Source of the DNA: Torpedo marmorata
Taxonomy: Eukaryota
Length of the DNA: 64,000 nucleotides
Direction of reading: 5' to 3'
Assembly (NCBI GenBank): GCA_977017645.1
Contig: OZ360235.1
Location: 43,400,001 to 43,464,000 of the forward strand
Below are positions 26,701-49,760 of this stretch, piece after piece. The notes under the pieces are model-generated. The model was not told the origin of the DNA and searched no databases. It was given only the letters and a program-made list of their open reading frames with translations. Each line of letters starts with the position of its first letter. The stretch's first letter is position 1. A program made the translations under genes and the position numbers.

Positions 26701-29700
26701 ACTCTTCCCATCAAAGTTATAGGTAAGTCTTTCCAAAGTTCTAAATCTTTTTTTATTTTCATGAATAAAGGTATATAGTTTAATTTATACAAATTTTCCA
26801 ACTTTGTATCCACTTTAACTCCCAAATATTTAATACTTTCTTTAGCCCATTTAAACTCCGTAACCTCTCTACATCTAGTATAATCACCTTGAGATAAAGC
26901 CAAAATCTCACTTTTATCTGAATTAATTTTATATCCAGATATCTCACCATATTCTATCAATATAGTAGCCAATTTCTGAAGTGATGTGACAGATTTTGTC
27001 ATATATTAATACATCATCTGCAAACAAGCTAATCTTATGTTCTTCCCTACCAACTTTTATACCCATTATATTTATATCTTCTCTAATCAATTCAGCTAAA
27101 GGTTCTATTGCCAAAACAAATAAAGCAGGTGACAGAGGGCATCCCTGTCTTGTTGGTCGTTTGTACACTCTAACGTGGCTTTGTCCAAAGATATATGATT
27201 TTTGGTTGAAAGTTAAAAAGTTTTTAGATAAAGTATTAAAAATTACACTCCCAATGGATCCTATGAAATTTTTGTTTGGAGCATACAAAACTTGAGGCAG
27301 TTACCAAATGCAATAAAAAAAAAATCATATTTCAAAATAAATACTGAATGTTTCATTCCAGAAAGCTGGACAGTTAACTGGCAAATTCTATTCAAAATAA
27401 ATATACATAATCAGCAGAAAAACACTTTTCCAAACATTGAGAAAGTAATGAGCAGGACAAAAGAGAGTCAGTGGATATTGTTTGCATGTATTTTCAGAAG
27501 CCTTTGACAAGATGCCACACACAAGACTGCTGAACAAGATAGGACATATTATTACAGAAAAGGTACTAGCATGGATCGAGATAGGCTGACTGACGCAAGC
27601 TAAAGAGTGGAAATAAATGGGGCCTTTTCTGGCTGATTGCCAGTGATGAGTGATGTTCTGTGGGGAACTGTGTTGGGTCTGCTACTTTTCACAATGCAAA
27701 TGATTATGATGAAGGAAATTATGGCTTTGTGACCAGGCTTGCAGATGATGAAAAGATAGGTGGAAGGGCAGGTAGCGTTGAGGAAATACAGACTCTGGAG
27801 AATGGGCACAGAGTAAAAAACAAAATGCTGGAGAAACTCAGCAGGTCAAACAGTGTCTTTTATGTAGCAAAGGTAGAAATACATAACTGACGTTTCGGGC
27901 TTGAGCCCTTCATCAAAGTTTGAGAAAATGCCGGCAGGCGTCCGAACAAAAGAGTGAGGGGGGGGAAAGGGGGGGGGTGGCAAAGGCAGGAGATGATAGG
28001 TGGAGAAAGGAGGGAGAGGACAGCAGCAAAGAGGGGGAGGAGGGATGGCTGGGTGGGTGGAAAAAAACAGGAAGGACAGGTGAGGGGGAGGGGAAGGAAA
28101 CGACAAGCAGGTTTAGTGGAAAGCAGAAAAGTCAATGTTAATGCCATCTGGCTGGAGAGTGCCCAGACGGAAAATGAGATGTTGTTTCTCCAATTTGCGG
28201 GTAGTCTGGGTGGGATAGTACATAAGGCCATGGACAGACATGTGAGTGTTGGAGTGTGACCCGGAATTGAAATGGTTGGCTACTGGGAGGTCGCTGTTGT
28301 TGCGGACAGAGAGGAGGTGCTCAGCAAAGCGATCTCCCAATCTACGACCGGTCTCTCCGATGTAGAGAAAGCCACAAAGGGAGCACCGGATGCAATAAAT
28401 AAGTTCTCTGGATGTACAAGTGAAGTGTAGTTTCACTTGGAAGGCCTGTTTGGGGCCCCGGACCGTGGTGAGGGGGGAGGTGTGGGCGCAGGTGTTGCAC
28501 CTCCTGCGGGCACAAGGGAAGGTGCTGGGGGTGCGATGGGTGGGGAGGGATGAGTGCACGAGGGAATCGCGGAGGGAGCAGTCCCTACGGAAGGCCGAGA
28601 GGGGAGGAGAAGGAAAAATGTGTCTGGTAGTGGGATCCTGTAGTAAGTGCCGGAAATTCTGGCGGATAATGTGTTGGATGCGAAGGCTGGTGGGGTGGAG
28701 GGTGAGGATGAGGGGGATTCTATGTTTGTTGCGTCTGGGGGCAGAGGGGGCTAGGGCAGATGAGTGGGAAATGGAGGAGATGCAGGTGAGGGCTGAGTTG
28801 GTGGTGGAGGGGAAGCCACGTTTGTGGAAAAAGGCAGACATTTCAGAAGATCTGGACTGGAACACCTCATCTTGGGAACAGATGCGGCAGAGACGGAGAA
28901 ATTGAGAGAAGGGGATGGGTCTGGAGAATGGGCAAAGAAAGTCTGGAGAATGGACAAAGAAAGAGGCAGATGGAATAGAGCTCAGGGAAGTTTATGGTCA
29001 TGCACTTTGGGAGAAGGAATAAAGTAGACTTCTAAATGGGGAGAGAATTCACAAGCAAAGGTCCAAAGGAGTCCTATGCAGGATTCCCTAAAGGTGAACT
29101 TGCAGGTTGAGTTGGTAATAAGAAATGAAATGTTTGCATTCATTTCAAGAGGTCCAGAATATGGAGGCACAGATGTAATACTGTACTGAGGCTTTACAAG
29201 GCATTTGTCAGATCATATTTGGAGTATTGCAAGCAGTTTCAGGCCCCATATCTCAGGAAGAATGTGCTGGAGTTGGAGAGGACCCAGAGGTTTTTGAGAA
29301 TGATCACAGGGATGAGAGCGATAACATGAGGAGCATGTGATGGCTCTGGGTCTGTACTCGCTGGAGTTTAGAGGGATGAGGGAGATCTCATTGAAACATA
29401 TCAAATATTGAAAGGGCTGGATAGAGTAGAAGTAAAACACGAAAATCTGTAGACACCGTGGTTGAAGTAAAAACACAATAACTGGATATAGTAGATGTGG
29501 AGAAGACATTTCCACAAGTGGGAGAGTCGAGGACCAGAGGGCACAGTCTCAGAATAACAGGGCATCCTTTTAGAACAGAAATTAGGAAACGTTTCTTCAG
29601 CCAAAGGGCAGTGAATCTGTGGAATTTGTTACCACAGATGGCTGTGGAGGCCAAAATCATTGGGTATATTTAAAGCAGATGTTGATAGATTCTTGATTAG

Positions 29701-31056
29701 TCAGGGTGTCAAAAGGTTATGGGGAGAAGGCAGGAAAATAGGGTTGAAAGGAAAAATACATCAGCCATGATTTGAACAGTGAAGCAGTCTCAATGGGCTG
29801 AATGGCCCAATTTTGCTTAAGGTCTTATGTCAGACATCACATTATTGAAATTGGTGGAATGTTTGTTCACAGAAATAACTAAAAAAAGTTAAGTAGATTT
29901 TTCAACTAAGATTATCTGTCCAAGCTTATATCTACATTGATGTGGAAGAAAGGTCACCATACTTGGGTTTCCCCTATGTTCACCAACAACGACTGGAATT
30001 TGTTTTTGCTTTATCACCAGATGCAGATCAGCATAAAATACATTAGGGAATAACAATGTGCTCTAGCATCATCACATTGGTTGTCAAGCAAACAAAAAAA
30101 ATCTAGCTTTGCATGCTTAATAAGTATTCATAATACAAATTGCATTAAAATGCACCCAAGATATTCAAGTAAAACTAATCAAAAACAACAAGCTGGAGAT
30201 GTTTAAACCAACCTTTATTGATTTCATCTTGCAATAGTTTAACTTCTTCTTCTATTTCCATCTTGATGTTCTCAGCTGCAGCAGGGTCCAAAGGAACCAC
30301 TTCTATTGATTGCGTCCCTGTAAAGTCAGTAGTACATCACCGACGGTGCATTTCTATAACAATATTATCTTAAATGGAGAAAAAACCTATTTGGCTTATT
30401 AAAGCTTCACAAATTAAATCAGGGATACAATAGGGCTTAACAACAGTGACTCAATTTTCCACACTTCAGTTATTTCTTTATTCAGCAATTACCGGTATAT
30501 AAAACCCATTTCAAAACACAACTGCCTTTCAACTTTGTATTTCTAAATGAATGCATTTCATACTGATAAGGTATGACACTTTGACATGATTCATTACAAA
30601 CCATGCAGAAAATTAACAGACAAGTTTTGCATGACTGCAGATAACATGCCAATCTACTTGATAACAGCAGTGAATAACATAAAATCAAGGCTACCTTTTC
30701 CAAAGTGCAAACTTTGTTAACTTTGCTCCTTAAAGAAAAAAAAAACTAACAATAAAATTTTGATTTTTCAAACTCCAAAGCAAAAGTAAAACTTGTCAAG
30801 TAGTTAGATTTCAAATCTGAAATCTAGTTGATTGTAAAACAATACACTAACCGCATACATCAATAAAAGACATTTAAAACAAATTAATCCACACAAATGT
30901 TTAAGCTATTTAATTATTATGTCCTCTGAAATGTATTCTTAAATCACAAAGATTACCTCTCATTAATGGAATATTTTCTTGTGAAGCCAGTCCCAAATAA
31001 CTAAGGACAACATATCTGGTCTCATAACGAAAACCTTCAGGTAGAGCTGCAGCCAT
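14661..31056 (-). CDS. BCL2L13: Bcl-2-like protein 13 (Bcl-rambo), 3'-partial; complement join(30957-31056,30213-30317,23062-23218,21011-21080,14661-14795); terminal exon not in window
   Basis: Spliced translation MAAALPEGFRYETRYVVLSYLGLASQE...EIEEEVKLLQDEINK-AFASTGFECHTSPVFSPANPESSIEDCLAHLGEKV...-TGWNK-VMLSLVVLRQLL...FIIQQGGW matches vertebrate BCL2L13. GT-AG introns with consistent phases; head-to-head with ATP6V1E1 as in human. Confidence 0.95.
15535..16020 (+). mobile_element. CR1 LINE 3' fragment
   Basis: ARGHPFKV...FKRLLDRHM peptide; 3' tail gaagggactgtactatgctatactg. Confidence 0.75.
17518..17762 (-). mobile_element. tRNA-derived SINE, diverged
   Basis: Homologous to the other SINE copies; B-box GGTTCGAATC on -. 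Confidence 0.75.
18248..18740 (-). mobile_element. Penelope-like element 3' fragment (GIY-YIG C-terminus + terminus)
   Basis: DLPVASHFNS...RKLEEQHLIFRLGTLQPDGINIDF; near-identical to 27812-28320. Confidence 0.88.
20681..20920 (-). mobile_element. tRNA-derived SINE (young family, CR1-like tail)
   Basis: A-box TGGCGTAGCGG and B-box GGTTCGAATCCC on -; high similarity to 34449-34691 and 48828-49050. Confidence 0.88.
21011..21080 (-). CDS. BCL2L13: BCL2L13 coding exon 4 (PLEYELYKEQVNQLASHTTGWNK)
   Basis: tttgcag| acceptor, AAG|gtagaa donor, 70 nt, ends in GWNK (BH1 region). Confidence 0.92.
22282..22510. repeat. Three-copy 69-79 bp tandem duplication at the end of a degenerate CR1 fragment (about 21830-22330)
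   Basis: Units start at 22282, 22360 and 22429 (aagactgcacctcga...ccagatttctggccaat). Confidence 0.9.
23062..23218 (-). CDS. BCL2L13: BCL2L13 coding exon 3 (AFASTGFECHTSPVFSPANPESSIEDCLAHLGEKVLQELTVQVQGALQNILAK)
   Basis: cttctag| acceptor, AA|gtgagt donor; conserved TSPVFSPANPESS motif. Confidence 0.96.
23374..23797 (+). mobile_element. Short bipartite RTE (BovB-like) non-autonomous element
   Basis: RTE-type 5'UTR (caccttgtcgtggtg...gggccacccaaggcgg), RTE C-terminal IGLISHLRAH, (ACG)n-like tail, 13-bp TSD atacacatt(c/a)ttc at 23361-23373 / 23798-23810. Confidence 0.75.
24396..27278 (-). mobile_element. L1/Tx1-clade LINE with 5' inversion (3' part on - at about 24396-24860; inverted part on + at about 24861-25064 plus 27157-27278)
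   Basis: ORF2 C-terminal fragments on both strands; 13-bp TSD gagcatacaaaac at 24383-24395 / 27279-27291. Confidence 0.85.
25065..27156 (-). mobile_element. Second L1/Tx1 LINE, 5'-truncated, nested in the first
   Basis: RQGCPLSPALF, SLFADDVL, GYKINSDKSE, KYLGV, GRVNCIKMN, CFRC...HCTWLC zinc knuckle; TSD tcgtttgtacact at 25052-25064 / 27157-27169. Confidence 0.9.
27812..28919 (-). mobile_element. Penelope-like retroelement (Neptune-type), 5'-truncated, with GIY-YIG endonuclease ORF 28113-28865
   Basis: FPCARRRCNTC Cys linker, LIYCIRCSLCGFLYIGETGRRLGDRFAEH GIY-YIG, E..IF.L.T..P.GIN; TSD tctggagaatgggca at 27794-27808 / 28920-28934. Confidence 0.92.
27885..27920 (-). ncRNA. Minimal type-I hammerhead-ribozyme-like motif in the Penelope terminus
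   Basis: AACT-TTGATGA-A-GGGC(TCAA)GCCC-GAAAC-GTC-AGTT: 4-bp helix I, 4-bp helix II, GUC triplet, C3U core variant. Confidence 0.6.
30213..30317 (-). CDS. BCL2L13: BCL2L13 coding exon 2 (GTQSIEVVPLDPAAAENIKMEIEEEVKLLQDEINK)
   Basis: tttacag| acceptor, G|gttggt donor, phase 1/1. Confidence 0.9.
30957..31056 (-). CDS. BCL2L13: BCL2L13 first coding exon (MAAALPEGFRYETRYVVLSYLGLASQENIPLMR); exon starts at 31082 with 26 nt of 5'UTR
   Basis: acceptor ttcttaacgtag| at 31083, aaaATGG start, donor G|gtaatc. Confidence 0.94.
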
Positions 31057-31874
31057 TTTCAATTAAACTTTTCCGTAGCCAACTACGTTAAGAAACACAA
31101 GCCAGGATAAAAAAGGGACGTAAAAGACTAAAAGAAAACGATGTACAAACAACATTCTACGAACTAATTATCAGTAATATTCATCTAATACCTATGATTT
31201 GCATCCTTATTTTATCAATGAATAAAAGTGCTATTAAAAAAGGTTTTCAAGAATGTCTTAAGTTTTGGAACACAACTCAAAGAGTCTATTACATTATCAA
31301 AACTTCAAATAAAATTGAACGCCGATATTTTAGTGTGCAAAATTAAGATAATCGTCAATATATTATTTTGAAAAGTAAACCGCAAATAACAAAGTCAATG
31401 TGTCCTTTGTTCAACGACCCACCAAATATCTGTGTAGTTCCAACGTTTGACATCAATATATTAAAAAAAGTCACAACAGCGCAGTACTTGATGGGTGTCT
31501 ATTTATGCACTATCAACGAAGAAATTGCAAATTCCTTACATTAGTTTTGTACAGATTATGAATTAGTTTTTTTTTTTAAAATCGGATAAACTTCAGAATA
31601 CACTACCACAAAGGTTGCGTTAAAATTAAATATCCAAGTTCACTCCACAGCCTTTAAACTGACTTGAGACATTAAAATATCTTAAATTACACGAAACGTT
31701 AGAAATGATACAAAAAGCCGTTTATATTTTTAACTCGTTGCATAAATGGCACCTTACCCATAATCTTTAGCTGTTTAACGAACACTCACTTTCGATCTTA
31801 ATCAATAGTTAACATGCTTTTTTTTTTAAATTGCAGAGAAAACAATATCATTAATGTCAGCAGGACCGACTCAC

Positions 31875-31990
31875 CATACAGTGGATGGGAAGAACCCGGT
31901 ACAACTGCAACTACTGGGCGCAGATCCTTATTTAGACGCGCGCCATCTTTGGGGGGCAAAGAGACAGCCTGTCTCCGCCCCATCCCGCAA
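31875..31990 (-). other. BCL2L13: Probable non-coding first exon of BCL2L13 (5' boundary uncertain)
   Basis: Strong donor ATG|gtgagt at 31875/31874, GC-rich, YY1-type AAGATGGCG at 31941-31949; alternative donors near 31790 and 31758. Confidence 0.5.
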
Positions 31991-32639
31991 CACAAGGGGG
32001 TAACGTATCAATAACCTGGCCTTAAATTAGCGTTAAAATAACACCAGCACTCCCATCCTACCACCAACAACATCTACTGCAAAGAACCTAACGACGGAGC
32101 AAAAAAAAATCTGAAGTCAGTGTGATCGTTCGTCCACCTGATTAACATGGGCAGCTGGAGTCAAAGGTCAAAGAGGGAAAAAAAAAGGCAGTCGCATTAT
32201 TTTAAAAGCACTTAAATGTGAAGATTAATGAATGCAAATAAAGGTACAATTTCGGGATTTAGATTAAAATCGCATTTGTTTAATTGTTCGTTTCTGCTTT
32301 AGTAATTTGCAAACGCCCAGCAGGCGATCGATGTCATCACGCGCGAGCCTTTTCCAGTGACGCAAGTTCGGGCAAGTTCGTGAATCGGGTCAGTGGTTCA
32401 AGTGGTAATGCGCCTGCGCGCGCAAACTCCCGCCTCTGCCGCAACGAGAGCTGCCGAATAGCGTGACCTTTGAGGCTCGGTGGCGCATCAGCTGGAGGAG
32501 CTGTCTGTCTGCGTCAGCTGAGTGCTTGTGGTGCATCCCTGCCTGGTGTCGGAGCCTGCAACAACGAGCTTGATCACCTCTCTTCAGTCTTTTGGCCTCG
32601 GAGTTTCTCTTTGGAAGGCACTTGCAACCTCCAACGACG
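31990..32639. promoter_or_regulatory. CpG-rich bidirectional promoter region of BCL2L13/ATP6V1E1 (includes ATP6V1E1 5'UTR)
   Basis: CpG cluster at about 32280-32720 in AT-rich surroundings. NRF1-like TGCGCCTGCGCG at 32409-32420, CRE/ATF-like TGACGCAA at 32358-32365, nuclear-receptor half sites AAGGTCA at about 32164 and TGACCTT at 32464; no TATA box seen. Confidence 0.75.
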
Positions 32640-45405
<12,766 letters not shown>

Positions 45406-46510
45406 ATGCTGTGCTTTGACTCTGCTGCATCTTGGCACATACCACGTTAAAAATGTACAAGTTACAGACCAGTACTTGAGTGAAATTATCCATTGTTCTT
45501 GCTTTTGTGTTTGTATTAATGTACATCTGAAACTGCTTCATTTGGTAGTTTCTCTCCAATTTAATGTTTGCTGTACTGGCCCAAGGTAAAGTGCCAGAAA
45601 GGATGGGGAAGGAATGGGAATGCCCTGTATTATCAGTTACTTCAGTTTGTGTGTGTGTGTACATAAATCTTTTTTTCCATATGTGAAGAAAGCATCAGTT
45701 GAATTGTTGGTTTTCACTTTGCCATCTTGAACTGTACAAAAGTGAAGTCTGTAGATGTATTGTATCTAGTGCTACCGACATAGTCGTACTATTTAATTAA
45801 ATTGAACTGGAAGTTTGTTTCAAGTACTGTATGTATATGTGGTTCTGAAGTAAAGCTTTTACTGAATCCTAAATATGGTTTTCTTTGAGGTGTATTTTTA
45901 TTCTGATGGACAGATTGGCCAGAAACTACTTGATTGCCACCCCATCTACCACACTACTAAGCATTTTACTCTCTACCACTGGCACCCACTCACTGCAATC
46001 TGTGTCATGACATGGCATAAGATGGGAAAATGGGTTTGCACAAGAAAGTTTCTAAATGACAAGATTTGGAAAGTATTTAAAAGGGACTAGCCACCCTGGC
46101 ATAAAAATCAAAGCTAACATGAACTTGCAGAAAGTAAGGCAAAAGGTGTTAACTTTTTAAATATATAAGACCTTTTAGTGGGATGACCTGGAGTATTGCT
46201 ATAAGCATGAACTTAAACTGCTCCAGACTGGTTCCTGAGCTAGTTTGCAGCATACGAGATCTGTGTTTGCTTGTTTGGGGGGGGGGGGGGGGGGAATTAG
46301 TTCACATTAAACATGCTGAATTCTTACTAGACTTGATATTTCCCTTGTCAGCATCATGATTAGTTTTGGAACAGGGGCTGAATGAGGAAATAATCAGTCA
46401 AAGCAATAGGCGTGTTGCCTACTCGTGTTATTTTTTAGTCAGCTTGGCAATTCCAGTAACATTTCTGAAATCCACAGCTCTCCCAGCAACAGCTTCCCAA
46501 GAACTAGTGT

Positions 46511-46745
46511 GGGGCGGCACGGTTAGTGTAGCGCTTAGCACAATGCTGTTACGGCGCGACAGCGCAACGCTGTTACAGTGCCAGCGATCGGGACCAGGGT
46601 GCGAATCCCGCGCTGTCTGTAAGGAGTTTGTACATTCTCCCCGTGTCTGCGTGGGTTTCCTCTGGGTGCTCTGGTTTCCTCCCACTCTTCAAAACTTACC
46701 GGGGCTGTAGGTCAATTGGGTGTATTTGGGCGGCACGGGCTCATG
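46511..46745 (+). mobile_element. tRNA-derived SINE with duplicated head segment
   Basis: ggcacggttagtgtagcg..., repeated agc(a/g)caa(t/c)gctgttac segment. Confidence 0.85.
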
Positions 46746-47490
46746 GTAGTTTAACAAGGTAACCACAACCACCTTAAGGGCAGTTGGTCATGTGTTGTAA
46801 TTTGCTGTCCTTACCAATAATGCTCAAATCACAGAATCCATAAATAAAATTTTAAAAAAATACCTGCATCTTTTCCCAAGTTGCATACCATTCTGACAAA
46901 AAAAATTGGAAATATGGTGTCATTACAGTCTAAATCCTGGAAATTCCTAGTCCAAGATCAAGGATGTACTCAAAGCTTCCTTGAAGAAATGCAACATCTC
47001 CTTTTGACTCCAGAAAAGTGGAAATGGTATGGAGAATCTCAAAACAATAAATAAGTTGTAGGAGTGGATCACCAATTACCTGCCTCATCAGGCAGCATTT
47101 GCTGCATCTGTGGTGTCTATAGGTGTTTCAAAAGTTGGCCTCATGAGCAAACTAAGAATCTAGAGTGGAGACAAGTTGTATTGTTTAATTTCCTGACTTT
47201 TCCTGAGTTTTTACTTTTGAAAACATTCCTCACGAACCACAGCAGCAGCCTCACACCTCCAGCAGCTTGGCCTTCAAACCTGATCACTAGTGCTCTCTGG
47301 GTTTTGCCAGTGACTGGGTTTCTTTCAGGTGCTCTACTTTCTTCCCACACTAATCATGTGCCAGTTGATGAGTTAATTGGTAAATTGCTCTGGTGTGTCA
47401 GTTAACGGTAGATCTTGGAGCTGACGGGAATGTGGAGAGAATTAAAATGGGATTACTGCAGGATTTGTGCAAATGGGTGCTTAATGATTG

Positions 47491-48396
47491 TGTTATGGAC
47501 CATGACTGACCATTTGGACTGCGGACGGTTAGCAGGAAAGGATGAATTCTTTTGGAGTATACACTGGGGCCAGGTACTGAAAGAGTTAACTTCCCCAGCT
47601 ACTTGGTGTACCCAGACAAGATACATTGTTGCACACTTCTGGTGTACCCAGACAGAGAGAGACCACAGAGAGACAGAGACAGGCTGAAGAAGATACATTT
47701 GTTTCACTTCTGCAAAAAGCAGGGGCAGACCTCTGCAAAGCAGACAGTTGTGAGTTGCAAGGCTACAGAACACAGCCAGATCCAGTTTTGTGTGCAAAAG
47801 TCAGAGAAAGACTGACAGAATAGCACATGGCCTCCTGTCTCAGAGAAAAATTCTGAGAAAAGCAACTTCTGTGGAGAACAGGCGTGAGATCAGCGAGACT
47901 AGCTGTGAGATTCAAGCATACGCCTAAATCAGTGGTATACTGATCTGGAACTTGCAATCCTTATGAACCTACAAGAAGGGGACGTCATCAGAGAAGAAAA
48001 CAAGTATTTGTAAGCATAATCAGTCATTGTCTCTCTCCAACGTTCATTCAGAAGTACTTCTACCAGACCCAGAGCTGAAGTGAAGCCTGAACTTAGAGAG
48101 TGAATCTTGTGGACTGTTTATCTTTTTTTTGACTGACTTGTTGTTTTATGACTGACCTGGGGTTTTTGGGGAAAGTTTTTCCATTTTTTTTTCATAAGGG
48201 TTGGGCACAGACTGTAATGGTCTGGGCTTTACACACACACACATACACCTTTTAGATAAGAATAGAGTTTATAGACGTTTATAGTGGGGTTAATTGTTGT
48301 GAAATTATATGTTTACTTGTGTTTAATAAATAATAATTTCAATTTTTACCCCTTTTGCATTGCGTCTTCTGTCGTTGCTGGTTTGATTCTGTAACA
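47491..48396 (+). mobile_element. Solo LTR (about 906 bp; Gypsy/ERV-type) inserted in an older SINE tail
   Basis: TGTTA...TAACA termini, 4-bp TSD ATTG (47487-47490 / 48397-48400), AATAAA at 48325; flanks rejoin into a SINE/CR1-type tail. Confidence 0.85.
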
Positions 48397-48827
48397 ATTG
48401 ACATGGACTTTGTTGGATGAAGGGTCTGTTTCTACATTGTATGATTTTTGTGATAGCTGGCTCATAAACATTAAAAACAAACTTTCTTTATAAACAGTAA
48501 TTCATTTTCAAGAGAATCTTATCAAGATTCACACTCTATGGCTCTATTCTTCCCTTAGTTTATTTGTCCTATGTTTTCATTTCTTATTATTTTATGTGTT
48601 GCATTTCTTATGGATCCTCTAACCTGAATCCTCCTAACTGATTTTAAGGTCTATTTTTTTTTTCCTTATACTATGCCATTGCACACCCTTAATGAGAATA
48701 CTACGTAGGAAACTAAAACCAAAAAACTGGAGATAAGTATTTCTCATCCATGTTTTCTAGGTATTGTCTCACAAAAGCTCTGTATAATTGCTGTAAGATA
48801 TCCAGACACTTGTAATACCAAATGGAT

Positions 48828-49050
48828 GGCACGGTTGGCGTAGCGGTTAGCGCAACACCTTTACAGCGCCAGCGATCGGGACTGGACCTTGGTTCGAATC
48901 CCGCGCTGTCTGAAAGGAGTTTGTACGTTCTCCCCATGTCTGCGTGGGTTTCCTCCCACCCTTCAAAACGTACCGGTGGTGGTTAATGGGGTGTAAATTG
49001 GGCGGCACGGACTCGTAGGGCCGAATTGGCCTGTTACAGTGCTGTATGTC
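48828..49050 (+). mobile_element. tRNA-derived SINE
   Basis: A-box TGGCGTAGCGG at 48836, B-box GGTTCGAATCCC at 48891. Confidence 0.88.
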
Positions 49051-49087
49051 AAATGTCTTCCTTGCTTAATGTACCTTCATTATCAAG

Positions 49088-49300
49088 GACGACACGGTTA
49101 GCATAACAGTTAGTGCAACACTGTTACAGCGTCAGCAATCGAGACAGGGGTTAGAATCCCACTCTGTAAGGAGTTTGTACATTCTCCATGTCTGTGTGGG
49201 TTTTCCTGGAGGCTCCGGTTTCCTCCCACTGTTCAAAACATAACGGGTTGAAGGTCAATTGGGTGTAATTGGACGGCACGGGCCCGTGCCGTGTGTCTAA
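49088..49300 (+). mobile_element. tRNA-derived SINE (second, adjacent copy)
   Basis: Same family, more diverged. Confidence 0.8.
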
Positions 49301-49760
49301 ATTTAAAATGATCACTTCTACATTTCAAACCAAACAATCTGAGTAAGCTGCATTGCTGGTTTTGACAGCTTAAAAAAATCAAAATAGTATTTGGGTAAAT
49401 TTGGATATTATCTCTTGTAATTTCTATTTACATCAAACCTTTCTGTTAAAGACTGTATTAGAACAATATAAAATAGAGTTGCAAGAAATTCTGGTAGAGC
49501 TCAACCTGATATTGAAGCACTACATAAATGAATACCTTTCAAGCATTCCAATGTGGATCATCTCATCCATTCCATCGATTATTGATGATCACTTCACCTG
49601 TTCACATGGTGGACTCTTTCATATTATGCAGGGTATTTTCAACCAGTCATGTCCTTTTCAAATATCCTTGCAGCATTTAATCAATGATGGCAGTACTTTA
49701 TTTTTCCTGCTTTTTGCCTCTCATTTCTCTGCATATATTTCTTGCTATTGACCAATAGAT

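Larger units (their letters stand above)
27420..29830 (+). mobile_element. Older CR1 LINE RT/3' remnant interrupted by two Penelope insertions
   Basis: Degenerate DFQKAFDK, ADD, RTRGHSLRI, FFSQRAVNLW motifs. Confidence 0.8.

Noticed and set aside
32330-32470. TFEB CLEAR element in the ATP6V1E1 promoter
   Set aside because: Only partial matches (TCACGCG, GCGTGAC); no intact GTCACGTGAC/CACGTG E-box seen.
48828-48905. tRNA gene (A and B boxes present)
   Set aside because: Head of a multi-copy SINE; continues into SINE body and CR1-like tail, with no oligo-T terminator after the head.
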